64,000 bases of DNA from a virus. Lineage: Duplodnaviria; Caudoviricetes. Each line of letters opens with the position of its first letter. Positions within the stretch are counted from its first letter, which is position 1. Below the pieces are notes generated by a model, which saw only the letters and a list, made by a program, of their open reading frames with translations, ran no database searches and had not been told where the DNA came from. The position numbers and the translations under genes are program-made. The stretch lies in the IMG/VR virus record IMGVR_UViG_2785511464_000001, positions 1 to 64,000 of that record. One strand, written 5' to 3'. Below, piece after piece: positions 1 to 9,092 of the stretch.

Positions 1-1908
1 TCACTTTAATTCGCTCAACCGTTCTTGATAATATGCCGACCAGTTCTGCTGCTGTAACCAAGGTTTCAGCACCACCAGATCACCGCAATTCACACGTTCC
101 TTGGCGGCCAGAAGAATGGGCGTTATCGCATCAAGTGCGGGGGACGCTGCCTGCTCGAAATGCTGTAAATCTCGCGTCGTTAGGCGATGCTTCATGCCAT
201 AGCGGGCGGGGATGTCCGACTTCGGTGAGTGTCCCATCAGGCGCTTTCGCGTGACGTCCTTGATTTTGGTGTTATCGATCAGATCAGCAAACCAGTGCCT
301 CGTGGAATAGAGTGTTACTTCCTTGCGGGCGATGCCTGTTTTCTTCTTCAGATACTGCCAGCTCTTTGTGATCGGCTGGCCCCAGCGCATTTCGCCATTT
401 GGCTTGGGATAGGGCTCCCATTCCGGGAAGAGATAGGGGCAGCCAAGCTGCTTCAACTCGTCCACCCGCTCAAGGAGACCCAGATCAAGGATCAGTGGGT
501 GAAGGGGGACGACGCGCTGCGACGACGGGGTCTTGAAACGCTTCACATCTTTCTTGGCCACGCGGCCTTTGGAGGGGTCAAAACCTCTGAGGTAGAGGTA
601 GTGAATTCCGTCTCGCTCCGCGATGTCGTTCAGTTCCAGCTGTCCCAGCTCGCCTGGCCGCAGGCCTGTCAAAAGCAACAGAAGGTAGGCCCAGTAAAGG
701 TGCGACTGGATGAAGTATTTTCCTGGTTGCCAGATCCGTTTGTCGCTCTGGCATCCCGTGAAGAGCGGTTGCGAAAAGATTTTCGCGATTTCGCTGTCAT
801 CGAACGAGTCCCGGGGCAGGGAGGTGAGATTGTTTTCACTGACATGGCTGAACACGGGCTTGGGGTGAGGGTAGTGTCCCCGTTCAATCAGCCAGTCAAA
901 GAATTTCGACAGGGCGTTATGATAGCCGTTGCGCAGCCGTGTTTCGGTCAACCGATCAAGGCGCGACCATCCATGCTTCTTTGCATAGAGGTACCTCTCT
1001 GCCAGTGTTTGTGCATGCTCTTTGGGAACGTTGCGCCTGTTTGGAATGTCGGGGAGCATCTGATCGAGCTCGAGCACCTTGCGCTTGTCAAACCTGGCGA
1101 CGACCGGATCATCCATGATGTCGATCAGGAACTGTACGACCAGTTGGATAGCTGAGCGGGCATCCGCGTTGCCGCCATTCGTCACATCCTCTTCAACGTA
1201 TTCCTGCAGCGCCTGAGAGAAGGTGAGCGGATCGGCCTCTGGCGCAGGGGGATGTGCAAAAGGCTCCTCGAGAACGTCGATGGGGACTTCCGGCTCGCTC
1301 GCTGACGGAGTGATGCGGGCTTCACGGGCCATTGGATCATGCCATGCGGCGATTGTATCAGGCTGAGAGGGAATGGCGGGAGAATGATGTGCAGATGCCT
1401 GAAAGCTGGCGGGTACTGCGCCCATTTGGATGGCTGCCTGCATGTCGGCCCTGCCGCGTTCATAAGCTTGAACCCTGTCGCGCTGACGCAGGAACGTCTC
1501 GGCATCCAGATTCTGGTTCACGAAACGGTTCAGCAGGGCGGTGAAGTCAGGCTCGATCATGTCGGGATCGCACTGGGCGGCCAGCGCCCGACGCTTCAGG
1601 TTCTTCAGCATCTCCTCGTAGTTGCGCCGTGCCTGAAGCCGTTCTTCAGAAAGAGGCCATGGATCCAGCAGATATTTTCGCAGTTCGCCCACGTTCTTCT
1701 GAAAGAGCGATACGTAGTTCGCGCTGTCGTTCATTCTGTGAATCCAGCCCAGGTGCTCTGAAAGTCGAATACGCGCCTGACGATAGTCGCTGGTTCTTAA
1801 CGAGACTCTATAGAGCTGCTTGCCCAGGAGGAGGGATGTGACGGGATTCAACCGAACCTGAAGGTAATAGCGTCCTTCACGGCGAGAAAGGTAGGAAGCG
1901 CAAGCCAT
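1..1908 (-). CDS. int: Tyrosine recombinase/integrase with DUF6538-like N-terminal domain
   Basis: Catalytic set TGLRPGE (R), FKT (K), YSTRH, LMGH, terminal Y (ARYG); N-terminus RREGRYYLQVR...SLRTSD. Confidence 0.92.
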   Translation of the reverse strand: MACASYLSRREGRYYLQVRLNPVTSLLLGKQLYRVSLRTSDYRQARIRLSEHLGWIHRMNDSANYVSLFQKNVGELRKYLLDPWPLSEERLQARRNYEEMLKNLKRRALAAQCDPDMIEPDFTALLNRFVNQNLDAETFLRQRDRVQAYERGRADMQAAIQMGAVPASFQASAHHSPAIPSQPDTIAAWHDPMAREARITPSASEPEVPIDVLEEPFAHPPAPEADPLTFSQALQEYVEEDVTNGGNADARSAIQLVVQFLIDIMDDPVVARFDKRKVLELDQMLPDIPNRRNVPKEHAQTLAERYLYAKKHGWSRLDRLTETRLRNGYHNALSKFFDWLIERGHYPHPKPVFSHVSENNLTSLPRDSFDDSEIAKIFSQPLFTGCQSDKRIWQPGKYFIQSHLYWAYLLLLLTGLRPGELGQLELNDIAERDGIHYLYLRGFDPSKGRVAKKDVKRFKTPSSQRVVPLHPLILDLGLLERVDELKQLGCPYLFPEWEPYPKPNGEMRWGQPITKSWQYLKKKTGIARKEVTLYSTRHWFADLIDNTKIKDVTRKRLMGHSPKSDIPARYGMKHRLTTRDLQHFEQAASPALDAITPILLAAKERVNCGDLVVLKPWLQQQNWSAYYQERLSELK

Positions 1909-1998
1909 GGCATCTCCGCGTACATTTGTGCGAGATGTCTCACAGTTTCTGGAATCTCTGTTCCTTGTAACTGGTTGATATTGCTTGCGTAATCAAAA

Positions 1999-2011
1999 TG
2001 GTAGCGGAGGA
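1999..2011 (-). other. Possible att core resembling a tRNA 3' end (TCCTCCGCTACCA)
   Basis: Minus strand reads tcctccgctacca, ending in CCA about 90 bp upstream of int and in the same orientation; no T-arm upstream, so not a full tRNA. Confidence 0.45.
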
Positions 2012-2420
2012 CCGATGCATCTTCAAAGCACAGTGAACGGGTGGGGAACAAATATGGGGGGATCGGCTGCAACGGGTGTGTGCTTCCATCAATGCGCACC
2101 AGCCTGGGTGGTCCCGCTTGAGTTCAAGGCCGTGGCTTAGATGGTGTTTCGGCTTGGACTTCCTCGGTGGATATTAACCTTTGAGAAGTGCAAGTAATTG
2201 CACACTCACGGCAACACGGTAAGGTAAGTTAACAACCAGTTCACTAAACCAAGGAGGGTGCATTGAACGACGTCACGGAGGGGGCATCGGGGCGGAAGTT
2301 TCCGTCCGGCTTGGCCTGGAGATTTAGACGATCACCTGCAGCTGTACCGCAGGGGCCAGACCGTACCGCCGGGCTGTCTTTTGGCTCGGCTGTCGTCTTG
2401 CAATTAATTGCACAACTGGA

Positions 2421-2951
2421 TTGACAGCGATGCACATGTCCCTGTTCACTGACGCGTCCCACTGCCCAAGTACTGGTGCAGCTGGCTGGGGCGCTTGGGC
2501 CAAATGCAATCTGTGGTCGTCCGGCGCATTATTTGGTGGCGGTTTTAAGTCTTTATTGAGCGCCAGTCATGAGGCTGAGTTGTGTGCCATTGCGAACGCG
2601 ATGCACGTGCTTGGTGCAGGAGGGCATCTGTCAGGGGTGACCGTCCTAATGATCCAGTCAGACAATCTGCGTGCCCTCGGATTGGTGAAAGCCAGAGTCC
2701 CAAGAGCTGCCATTCGAAACCACGCAGATGGCGCAAAAGTGCCGGACCTGACACGGGTCGTTCTATCCGAGGCGGAGCAGAAGGGGCTTGGCATCATTGA
2801 GAGTGAGTCCACAAAGGGAGGGTTCTCGATCCACTTGCGCCATGTGCGCGGGCACAGGAGGGGACCGTCCCGGCAGTGGGTTAACAGGCAATGCGACCGG
2901 ATCGCGAAACAGCATATGTACGAGCGCCGTGGGCGCATCGGGAAGGAGTAG
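2421..2951 (+). CDS. RNase H-like protein (copy 1)
   Basis: FTDAS, AELCAI, IQSDN, HVRGH, NRQCD match the RNase HI D-E-D-H-D set; start may be the ATG at 2430 or 2436. Confidence 0.8.
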   Translation: MTAMHMSLFTDASHCPSTGAAGWGAWAKCNLWSSGALFGGGFKSLLSASHEAELCAIANAMHVLGAGGHLSGVTVLMIQSDNLRALGLVKARVPRAAIRNHADGAKVPDLTRVVLSEAEQKGLGIIESESTKGGFSIHLRHVRGHRRGPSRQWVNRQCDRIAKQHMYERRGRIGKE

Positions 2952-2957
2952 GTACTG

Positions 2958-3406
2958 ATGGACAGAGGTAATTGCGTTCGGTTCGACCGCATCGCACAGC
3001 CGGGGGAGGTGTCGCTGCTGCTTGGGGTTTTCAGGTCAAACGGGGAGACGGCTTCAGCGTCGAGTACCTGATGTTTGCGCACACGATCCCGGAGGACGGC
3101 GTATTCATTGCCGAAGGGATGACCCACGAGCTGACGCTGCATATTCTTGCACCGACGGTGCCGATTGATTTTGAAAGAGACCTGTTTCAGCAGCCGGCGC
3201 TGGCTCCGGTTGTGCCTGCCATCTACGGTTTCCAGTGGGACGCCAACGCGTGCGACTGGCTCGACACGGGGTCTGGGGGGGTGACCGAACTGCTTCGGAC
3301 AGCCGGGGCCTCGTTCGAACTGGAGACACTGGACGAGTACACGGACAAGGTGGTTGCGGGGAAGGCCCCGCTCTACCGTGAGGAAGAACTGCTGGCGGCT
3401 GAGTAG
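2958..3406 (+). pseudogene. Hypothetical protein, apparently frameshifted near 3040
   Basis: The ATG at 2958 follows an SD but its frame stops early; one extra G in the GGGG run at 3042-3045 joins it to ORF 2972-3406. Confidence 0.45.
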
Positions 3407-3562
3407 CTGCTGCAGAGGGGAACAACCCACGGCATAGAACCGTGGGTGATCCCGCCTCGCCTTATGCAATTAATTGCACTATTATGGGCACGTTCTCCTT
3501 GAGCCCGGAGTCGAGCTATGCAATTAATTGCATTGTTGTTTTGCGTCGGCCAAGGAGGGACG

Positions 3563-3988
3563 ATGAGCATCCAGATCGGATACAGCCGAAGGGCTGCGAG
3601 CACCCAAGCTTTCGCGATGATCGCCGAAGGCTGGAACGACCTCGTGCAGGAAGGCTTCACGCCTGATCTCGTGGGTACGTGTCCCGTCAACGCCAATTCC
3701 GAGGTCATCTACGCGGTGAGCTCTGACGGTGACGTCGTGGGTGTTCTGACCTGGGAGTACCGGGACGATAAGGATGCTTACGAAGTCACCCTCGGCTACG
3801 TCGAACCATCGAGCAGGCAGCAGCGTGCATTCACGGAGATGTTCAAAACCTTGCATGACAGGGCGCAGAGCAAGGGCGTCTCGACCGTGTATGTACCGGT
3901 CCACCCCAATAACGAGGTGGCCCGGCTGGTGTTGGCGAAACTCAAAGCCAGCGCCGTCTCCGTGGTGTACGAACATGCTGTCGCCTAA
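3563..3988 (+). CDS. GNAT family acetyltransferase
   Basis: YVEPSSRQQR (motif A-like) and VHPNNEVA (motif B); CCAAGGAGGG SD before ATG 3563. Confidence 0.75.
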   Translation: MSIQIGYSRRAASTQAFAMIAEGWNDLVQEGFTPDLVGTCPVNANSEVIYAVSSDGDVVGVLTWEYRDDKDAYEVTLGYVEPSSRQQRAFTEMFKTLHDRAQSKGVSTVYVPVHPNNEVARLVLAKLKASAVSVVYEHAVA

Positions 3989-4005
3989 CATGTGCGAGGC
4001 GGTAG

Positions 4006-4308
4006 ATGGATGGGAATTTCTGGGGGGCGCTGATCCGGGCGCTCCGAGAGGAACAAGGCATCTCGCAGAGGACGCTCGCTGCGGCGACGGGCGTCAATCG
4101 GTCAACCTTACGGAAGATCGAGAGCGGCGAGACGTCCGGCGATATTCGCGTGATGGAGACCCTGCTGAGCCATCTAGGCTACGAGCTGGAAGCCATCCAA
4201 CAGAAACTCAAGGCCGAAGGGTTTCGCTTCGACAGCCGGGACGCGTTCTCAGCGGATCGCCGTTCGAGGCTTGCTGCCGCACGGGTGTTGACAATCAGCC
4301 TGGGCTGA
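4006..4308 (+). CDS. XRE-family helix-turn-helix regulator
   Basis: IRALREEQGISQRTLAAATGVNRSTLRKIESG. Confidence 0.9.
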   Translation: MDGNFWGALIRALREEQGISQRTLAAATGVNRSTLRKIESGETSGDIRVMETLLSHLGYELEAIQQKLKAEGFRFDSRDAFSADRRSRLAAARVLTISLG

Positions 4309-4309
4309 C

Positions 4310-4337
4310 TTGATAGCCGCCGATCCTGTGCTAGAGT
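4310..4337 (+). promoter_or_regulatory. Sigma70-like promoter with a palindrome just downstream
   Basis: TTGATA-N16-TAGAGT; palindrome variant at 4341-4354. Confidence 0.55.
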
Positions 4338-4372
4338 GAATGAAATTAATTGCACAAGCCAAGGAGGGCAGT

Positions 4373-4888
4373 GTGGTCGTCATCGAACCGGATTTCCAAG
4401 AATTGCTGCACGTGGCCGGGTTGGCCGCCGCATACCTCGAACACGCTGAGACACATGACGGGTTCGACGATCCGACCGAATGGGAGATCGACGCCATCCA
4501 GAAGGTCCGGGATTGGGTGGACGCGCTTCAGCACCTTGGCCCCGAGGGTGAGATCAAGCTGGCGACCATTGCGCTTCAGACGCACGGCTTCGACGTGACG
4601 AACCAAGTCTTCCACGCCGAGACCCAGAAGATACTGGCGGTCAGCACGGCGCACGTGACCGAGGAGACAGCCCAGCGGCTCGACGCAGACGACATTGAGG
4701 GCGTGACGGTCTTCCCGAAGGCCGGTTTCGGTTGGTGGGTCCACACGACCCCGCACCCGGACGCCAGCGCCGGGATACCGCAGGAGCTGCGGGACGCAAT
4801 GAACTTCGCGGTAGGTGCCGGGTGTGACTGGCTCATGCTCGACCGCGACGCAACCATCATCGAAGAACTGCCACATTGGGAATGGTGA
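4373..4888 (+). CDS. Hypothetical protein with DUF5983-like C-terminus
   Basis: STAHVT...GWWV...IPQEL...CDWLMLDRDA...LPHWEW; GTG start after CCAAGGAGGG. Confidence 0.6.
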   Translation: MVVIEPDFQELLHVAGLAAAYLEHAETHDGFDDPTEWEIDAIQKVRDWVDALQHLGPEGEIKLATIALQTHGFDVTNQVFHAETQKILAVSTAHVTEETAQRLDADDIEGVTVFPKAGFGWWVHTTPHPDASAGIPQELRDAMNFAVGAGCDWLMLDRDATIIEELPHWEW

Positions 4889-4892
4889 CATC

Positions 4893-5240
4893 ATGCAGGT
4901 GAAGTTAGTCTCGTTCGGGTTCAAGTACGGCCCGCCATACGACGTCAAGAAGATCGTCGATTGCCGCCCCATGAAGAACCCCCACAACGTCACCGAGCTG
5001 CGCCGGCTCACCGGGCTTGATGGTCGCGTGCAGAAATACGTTGAGACCGACGACAGGTTTGGCCGCACCCTGCAGGAGGCGCTGCTGGGCCTGAACGATG
5101 GAGACACCGTTGCCTTCGGGTGCTACGGCGGCAGGCACCGGTCAGTGGCCATGGTCGAGATGTCTGCGTATCGTCTGAGGGCGTCGGGGTTCGATGTCGA
5201 GGTGCACCACCGGGAACTCGACATTCGGAGGACGGCATGA
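4893..5240 (+). CDS. Stand-alone RapZ (YhbJ) C-terminal domain
   Basis: SFGFKYG, DCR.MKNPH, LTGLD, AFGCYGGRHRSVA, HREL. Confidence 0.8.
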   Translation: MQVKLVSFGFKYGPPYDVKKIVDCRPMKNPHNVTELRRLTGLDGRVQKYVETDDRFGRTLQEALLGLNDGDTVAFGCYGGRHRSVAMVEMSAYRLRASGFDVEVHHRELDIRRTA

Positions 5241-5686
5241 TCCTTACGGGCAACACCATCCGGCAGCTCTGCATTTTCACACCGTTTTCGGAACGGACCA
5301 GACACAAGGGCCTCACCTATGGTGTCGGCCCGGCTGGCTACGACGTACGCATCGATCAGGAGGTCAGACTGATGCCCGGCGGCTTCAGCCTGGCTTCGAC
5401 CGTCGAGCACTTCAACATGCCGCAGAATGTCCTCGGCATCGTGCACGACAAGAGCACCTGGGCTCGTGTCGGCCTCGCGGCACAGAACACCGTGATCGAG
5501 CCCGGCTGGCGTGGATACCTGACGCTTGAGCTGACGAACCACGGTGACGAGGCGATCCTGATCGAGGAGGGGATGGCCATCGCCCAGATCATCATCCATC
5601 AGCTCGATGATCATGCCAGCGTCGCGTATGACGGGAAGTATCAGGACCAGCAGCGCGGGCCTCAGCCGGCAATCTTCGAAAAATAG
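5237..5686 (+). CDS. dcd: dCTP deaminase
   Basis: PAGYDVR, DKSTWARVGL, TVIEPGWRGYLTLEL, YDGKYQDQ. Confidence 0.9.
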   Translation: MILTGNTIRQLCIFTPFSERTRHKGLTYGVGPAGYDVRIDQEVRLMPGGFSLASTVEHFNMPQNVLGIVHDKSTWARVGLAAQNTVIEPGWRGYLTLELTNHGDEAILIEEGMAIAQIIIHQLDDHASVAYDGKYQDQQRGPQPAIFEK

Positions 5687-5754
5687 AGCGATTTCTGTGT
5701 GTTACCCCGCGTCCCGTCGGTAGACTAGGGCAACCACAGAAATAGGAGACGACA

Positions 5755-6255
5755 TTGGAAGTCTGGACAATCGGTCACTCAAACCACAGCTTCGAGGATT
5801 TCCTTGGCCTGCTGAAGCAAAACCAGATCACAATGCTGATTGACGTGCGATCTAAGCCGGTATCCCGGTTCCCGCACTTCCAGCGTGACAATCTCATCCG
5901 TGGTGTGCGGTCGAACGGGGTCGATTACCGGTACGGCGGGAAAGTCCTCGGTGGGCTCGGCGACGTGCAGGTGACGGCCCCGCTGTTCATCGCCAAGATG
6001 GACGCGATCCTCCAGTTCACTGAAGAAGGCCACCGCGTCGCGATGATGTGCTCCGAGGGTAAGCCCTGCGAGTGTCACCGGGCCGGCAAACTGACAGCTT
6101 GGCTCCATCGTGAACGACCCGATGTGAAGACCACGCACATCATGCGAAACGGGGCTTTGGTGGACGCCCGCAGCTACGAGCCAAAGGTGATCGCGGAAGT
6201 CACGTGGCCCGACTTTGCATCCACCATGAAGGATCAGGGCGACTTCGGTATTTGA
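5755..6255 (+). CDS. DUF488 family protein
   Basis: TIGHSNHS, LIDVRSKPVSRFPHF, LGG, MMCSE...CHR. Confidence 0.85.
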   Translation: MEVWTIGHSNHSFEDFLGLLKQNQITMLIDVRSKPVSRFPHFQRDNLIRGVRSNGVDYRYGGKVLGGLGDVQVTAPLFIAKMDAILQFTEEGHRVAMMCSEGKPCECHRAGKLTAWLHRERPDVKTTHIMRNGALVDARSYEPKVIAEVTWPDFASTMKDQGDFGI

Positions 6256-6269
6256 TCAAGGACGAACCT

Positions 6270-7190
6270 GTGGCAAAACAATCGAGCAATGCGGGTGCCG
6301 GTGCGGTCCGGCCTTCTCCTTCCCGGAGAGGAAGCCTCATCGAAGAGAGCCGCCCGCTCCAAACCTACCTGACCAGTCTTGATGCTATGCGACCAGCGCT
6401 GGTGCCCTCCGGGGCACCTGCGTTCGCATTCTCGCCGCTGAACGTGATGCCTAAGATCGCTCTGGGCAAGCTCGATGTCGAGCAGGCATCCGGGGGGCTG
6501 GTGCTCTCCGATGGTGGCGGGGTCCGTGTCGCGCCGACCGCCAGCCCGAGCGAATACTATCAGACGCTCCTCGAACTGCTGGAAGATGGTCGCCCCCTCC
6601 ACCTCGTCCCAGAGCCCATTGCCGCCCACTTCAAGCTTGGCGGCTACACCGTCAGCAAGCAGCACGACGAGTATGTGATGCGCACCGAGGACGTTCAGAC
6701 GTTCCCCGGCAAGCGCAACCGGCAGATGCGCGGCAACGTCAACAAGGCGCGGCGTCTCTGCGAAGTCGAGGTGTTCGACGGTGGCGACCCTGCGGAGTAC
6801 AAGGCGCTGGTCAAAACCTGGTATCGCCAGAACGCGGACCTGAAGTTCCGCACCTACGACAAGACCAGCATCGACTGGCTCCTCGAAAACTGGAGCGAGC
6901 TGGTTTCGCATGTGCCCGACCTCCTGTGCCTTGGTCTGCGCCATGATGCGCAATTAATTTCACTGAACATGGGTTGCCGGCTGACCGACCAGCACTGGAC
7001 CGCGTACACGCAGCGGTTCGACCGGCACGCTCCGGTGAAACACGCGAACATGCTCGGCTACCAGACGCTCGCGCACTCCTTCGCGGACTGCGCCCTGGAG
7101 AATGACGGGACCGCCGACACCAAGACGATCCGAGAATGGAAGGACCGGCTGGTGTCTCATAAAATCAGTTTCTACACGGTGAGGAAATGA
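6270..7190 (+). CDS. DUF2156 / MprF-C-like (Fem/GNAT fold) aminoacyl-transferase-like protein, no membrane domain
   Basis: EYVM...FPGKRNRQMRGNVNK resembles the DUF2156 'DY.Y...L.GK....KR...NK' pattern; ends with ND-G...IREWK. Confidence 0.5.
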   Translation: MAKQSSNAGAGAVRPSPSRRGSLIEESRPLQTYLTSLDAMRPALVPSGAPAFAFSPLNVMPKIALGKLDVEQASGGLVLSDGGGVRVAPTASPSEYYQTLLELLEDGRPLHLVPEPIAAHFKLGGYTVSKQHDEYVMRTEDVQTFPGKRNRQMRGNVNKARRLCEVEVFDGGDPAEYKALVKTWYRQNADLKFRTYDKTSIDWLLENWSELVSHVPDLLCLGLRHDAQLISLNMGCRLTDQHWTAYTQRFDRHAPVKHANMLGYQTLAHSFADCALENDGTADTKTIREWKDRLVSHKISFYTVRK

Positions 7191-8239
7191 ACAGCTTTGA
7201 TGTCATATCGAAGGGGCTTCTGCCCTTTCTCGGAGGGATGAGGCGCTTCATCCCTTTTCTGTTTGATGCAGCTCAGTCGGTGGTGCCGATGTCCGAGTGG
7301 CACAAGTGGAGCTACCACGACATGACCTGCGGCAGCTGCGCAGGCTCCGCAGCCTTCGGCTTCTACGGCATGTCCGTCTCGGCAAACGATCTGGCGCTCC
7401 GATCCTATGTGTCTGCTCAGGCAATCTTCGGCGACGTCCGGTCGCGCCGCTGGGTGCTTGAGGGCCTGCTGCGTCTTGCACAGGAGAAGGCACCCGAGGA
7501 ACTAGTCCCCGACGGAAAGACCCCGGCAGGCGAGCTGATCCCCGACCACCTGCACCCCATTGCGGCGGCGGTCTTTGATGCCCTGTATTATGCATCGGAG
7601 CGCGGTGATCTCGTGCGCGAGCAGGCGGCGTATTACCGCTTCATGGCTGTGCGTTGGGTGCTGCTGAACAAGAACTACATGTACTTCCTGAAGCTCCCGA
7701 CCCAAGACCTTCAGCAGCTGTCGTTGCAGGGGAAGCAGTGGGAGAACGTGGCGAAAATACTCCTGGAGCCTCTGCCGGCCCTTCTCAAGGTGGCCAAGGA
7801 CGTCGATCATCTCGTCCACGCCCTGCAGTCCGCGAAGATGGAACGAGCACCCAAGGTGATGGTTGGCGACTGCCGGGAGAACATCAAGCAGATCGACTTC
7901 GACCGACCAAGCTTCGTTGGCCTGAACCCGCCGACCGCCGGCAACGCGACGTTCATGCAGTCGAACCGCGTCCTCGACACCCTTCTGTTCAATGAGCCGC
8001 AGGCGCTCGACGAAGGCGACATGCCGGGCGACCTGTGGCGCTCCCTAATCCTCGACACCGTGGCGCATATCCCGAGCGGGCATTACGTCTTCAGCTTTGT
8101 CGGGGACGGAGCCGTGAGCTGGGAGGAAGGCAAGGAGGAGGTGTTCGCCAAGGTCGGCCCGACGGTCAAGGAGTGGTCGTTCCCGTGGCACGGGTCGGAC
8201 ACGCGCAATGCGGGCCTCATCCTGCTCAGGAGGGACTGA
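7187..8239 (+). CDS. SAM-dependent DNA amino-methyltransferase-like protein with atypical NPPT motif
   Basis: PFLGGMRRF (Dam/D12 N-terminus), DMTCGSCAGS (motif I), SANDL, GLNPPT at the motif IV position. Confidence 0.65.
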   Translation: MNSFDVISKGLLPFLGGMRRFIPFLFDAAQSVVPMSEWHKWSYHDMTCGSCAGSAAFGFYGMSVSANDLALRSYVSAQAIFGDVRSRRWVLEGLLRLAQEKAPEELVPDGKTPAGELIPDHLHPIAAAVFDALYYASERGDLVREQAAYYRFMAVRWVLLNKNYMYFLKLPTQDLQQLSLQGKQWENVAKILLEPLPALLKVAKDVDHLVHALQSAKMERAPKVMVGDCRENIKQIDFDRPSFVGLNPPTAGNATFMQSNRVLDTLLFNEPQALDEGDMPGDLWRSLILDTVAHIPSGHYVFSFVGDGAVSWEEGKEEVFAKVGPTVKEWSFPWHGSDTRNAGLILLRRD

Positions 8240-9072
8240 TGCCGGCACCGATTGACAAGATCAAGACGCAGAACAAGTGGGTCCGCCGTCTCTGTGACGT
8301 CGAGGAGCAGGCGCTGCGCATGTGTGTCCCGGTCAACCTGGAGACCTGCGACCCCGAGGTGATCGTGGTGGACAAGGGGCTTGCCCGTGATCTCTTCGAT
8401 TACTGGCGCGTGGTGCTGTCCTCGGAGCCTCAGTCTCCGCACTTTGCCGGGGCAGGGCGCTCGCTTGCTCTCCTCGTTCGTGACCGGGTGTCCGGGGGCT
8501 TCCTCGGCGTGGTGGGGCTGTCTGACCCACCCAACCACTGGACCCAGCTGATCGACCACCTCGGGTGGCACAAGGAGCACGAGCATCTTCGCCTGGCGAA
8601 CCAGCATCGGATCGTGATGATGCGTCGGTGCCTGCCCGTGTTCGAGTTCGGACAGATGACCGGAGGCAAGCTTCTCGCCCTTGCGGCGACCAGCCGGGAC
8701 GTCATCCGTCTCCTGGAGTTGCGGTACAGCTACCAGTACCTCTTCTTCGGCATCAGAACGCTTCACGGCAAGGGCAGCCAATACAACCGGCTGAACCAGC
8801 GAGGCGTCAAGCTGATTGATGTTGATGAAACCGACCACGGCTTCTATGGTATGGAGCTGCGGAAGAAAGCGGTCTCATTCCTCCGGGGTGAGGCCGACGC
8901 ATACGGTAAGACTGCCACGTACACGCTCAGCGACCAGATCGACTACTGGCGCGAACGTTGGCTCCAAGCCCGAATGACGTCGCTTTCTGTTGGACCCACG
9001 ATACAGATCGATCCCGAACGTTACCGGCTGTCCGATCAGCTGGACGCCAAGCGGATGACCTCAGAACAGTAG
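8239..9072 (+). CDS. DruA/DUF4338-like (Mom-related GNAT fold) protein
   Basis: GRSLALLVRD...FLGVVGLSDP, GGKLLALAATS, TLHGKGSQYNRL. Confidence 0.7.
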   Translation: MPAPIDKIKTQNKWVRRLCDVEEQALRMCVPVNLETCDPEVIVVDKGLARDLFDYWRVVLSSEPQSPHFAGAGRSLALLVRDRVSGGFLGVVGLSDPPNHWTQLIDHLGWHKEHEHLRLANQHRIVMMRRCLPVFEFGQMTGGKLLALAATSRDVIRLLELRYSYQYLFFGIRTLHGKGSQYNRLNQRGVKLIDVDETDHGFYGMELRKKAVSFLRGEADAYGKTATYTLSDQIDYWRERWLQARMTSLSVGPTIQIDPERYRLSDQLDAKRMTSEQ

Positions 9073-9092
9073 CGCACCATGGAGGGCGAAGA

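Noticed and set aside
1990-2080. Complete tRNA gene
   Set aside because: Only a CCA-ending 13-mer is present; no T-loop or cloverleaf can be built
2399-2412. Palindrome as a host Mur/Fur or CtrA box
   Set aside because: As I recall them, those sites have spaced half-sites (for example TTAA-N7-TTAA for CtrA), whereas these arms abut; a host binder is not excluded but no known box fits
4340-4372. ORF-track starts that begin inside palindromes (MKLIA, MQLIA, MH..; e.g. 3518, 4340, 28855, 33979, 39813, 55186, 55311)
   Set aside because: They arise from ATG/TTG triplets in or next to the motif; better SD-linked starts lie downstream for most of them
8239-9072. Druantia defence system
   Set aside because: Only a DruA-like gene is present, with no DruE helicase or other dru genes; the context is a ParB-terminase operon
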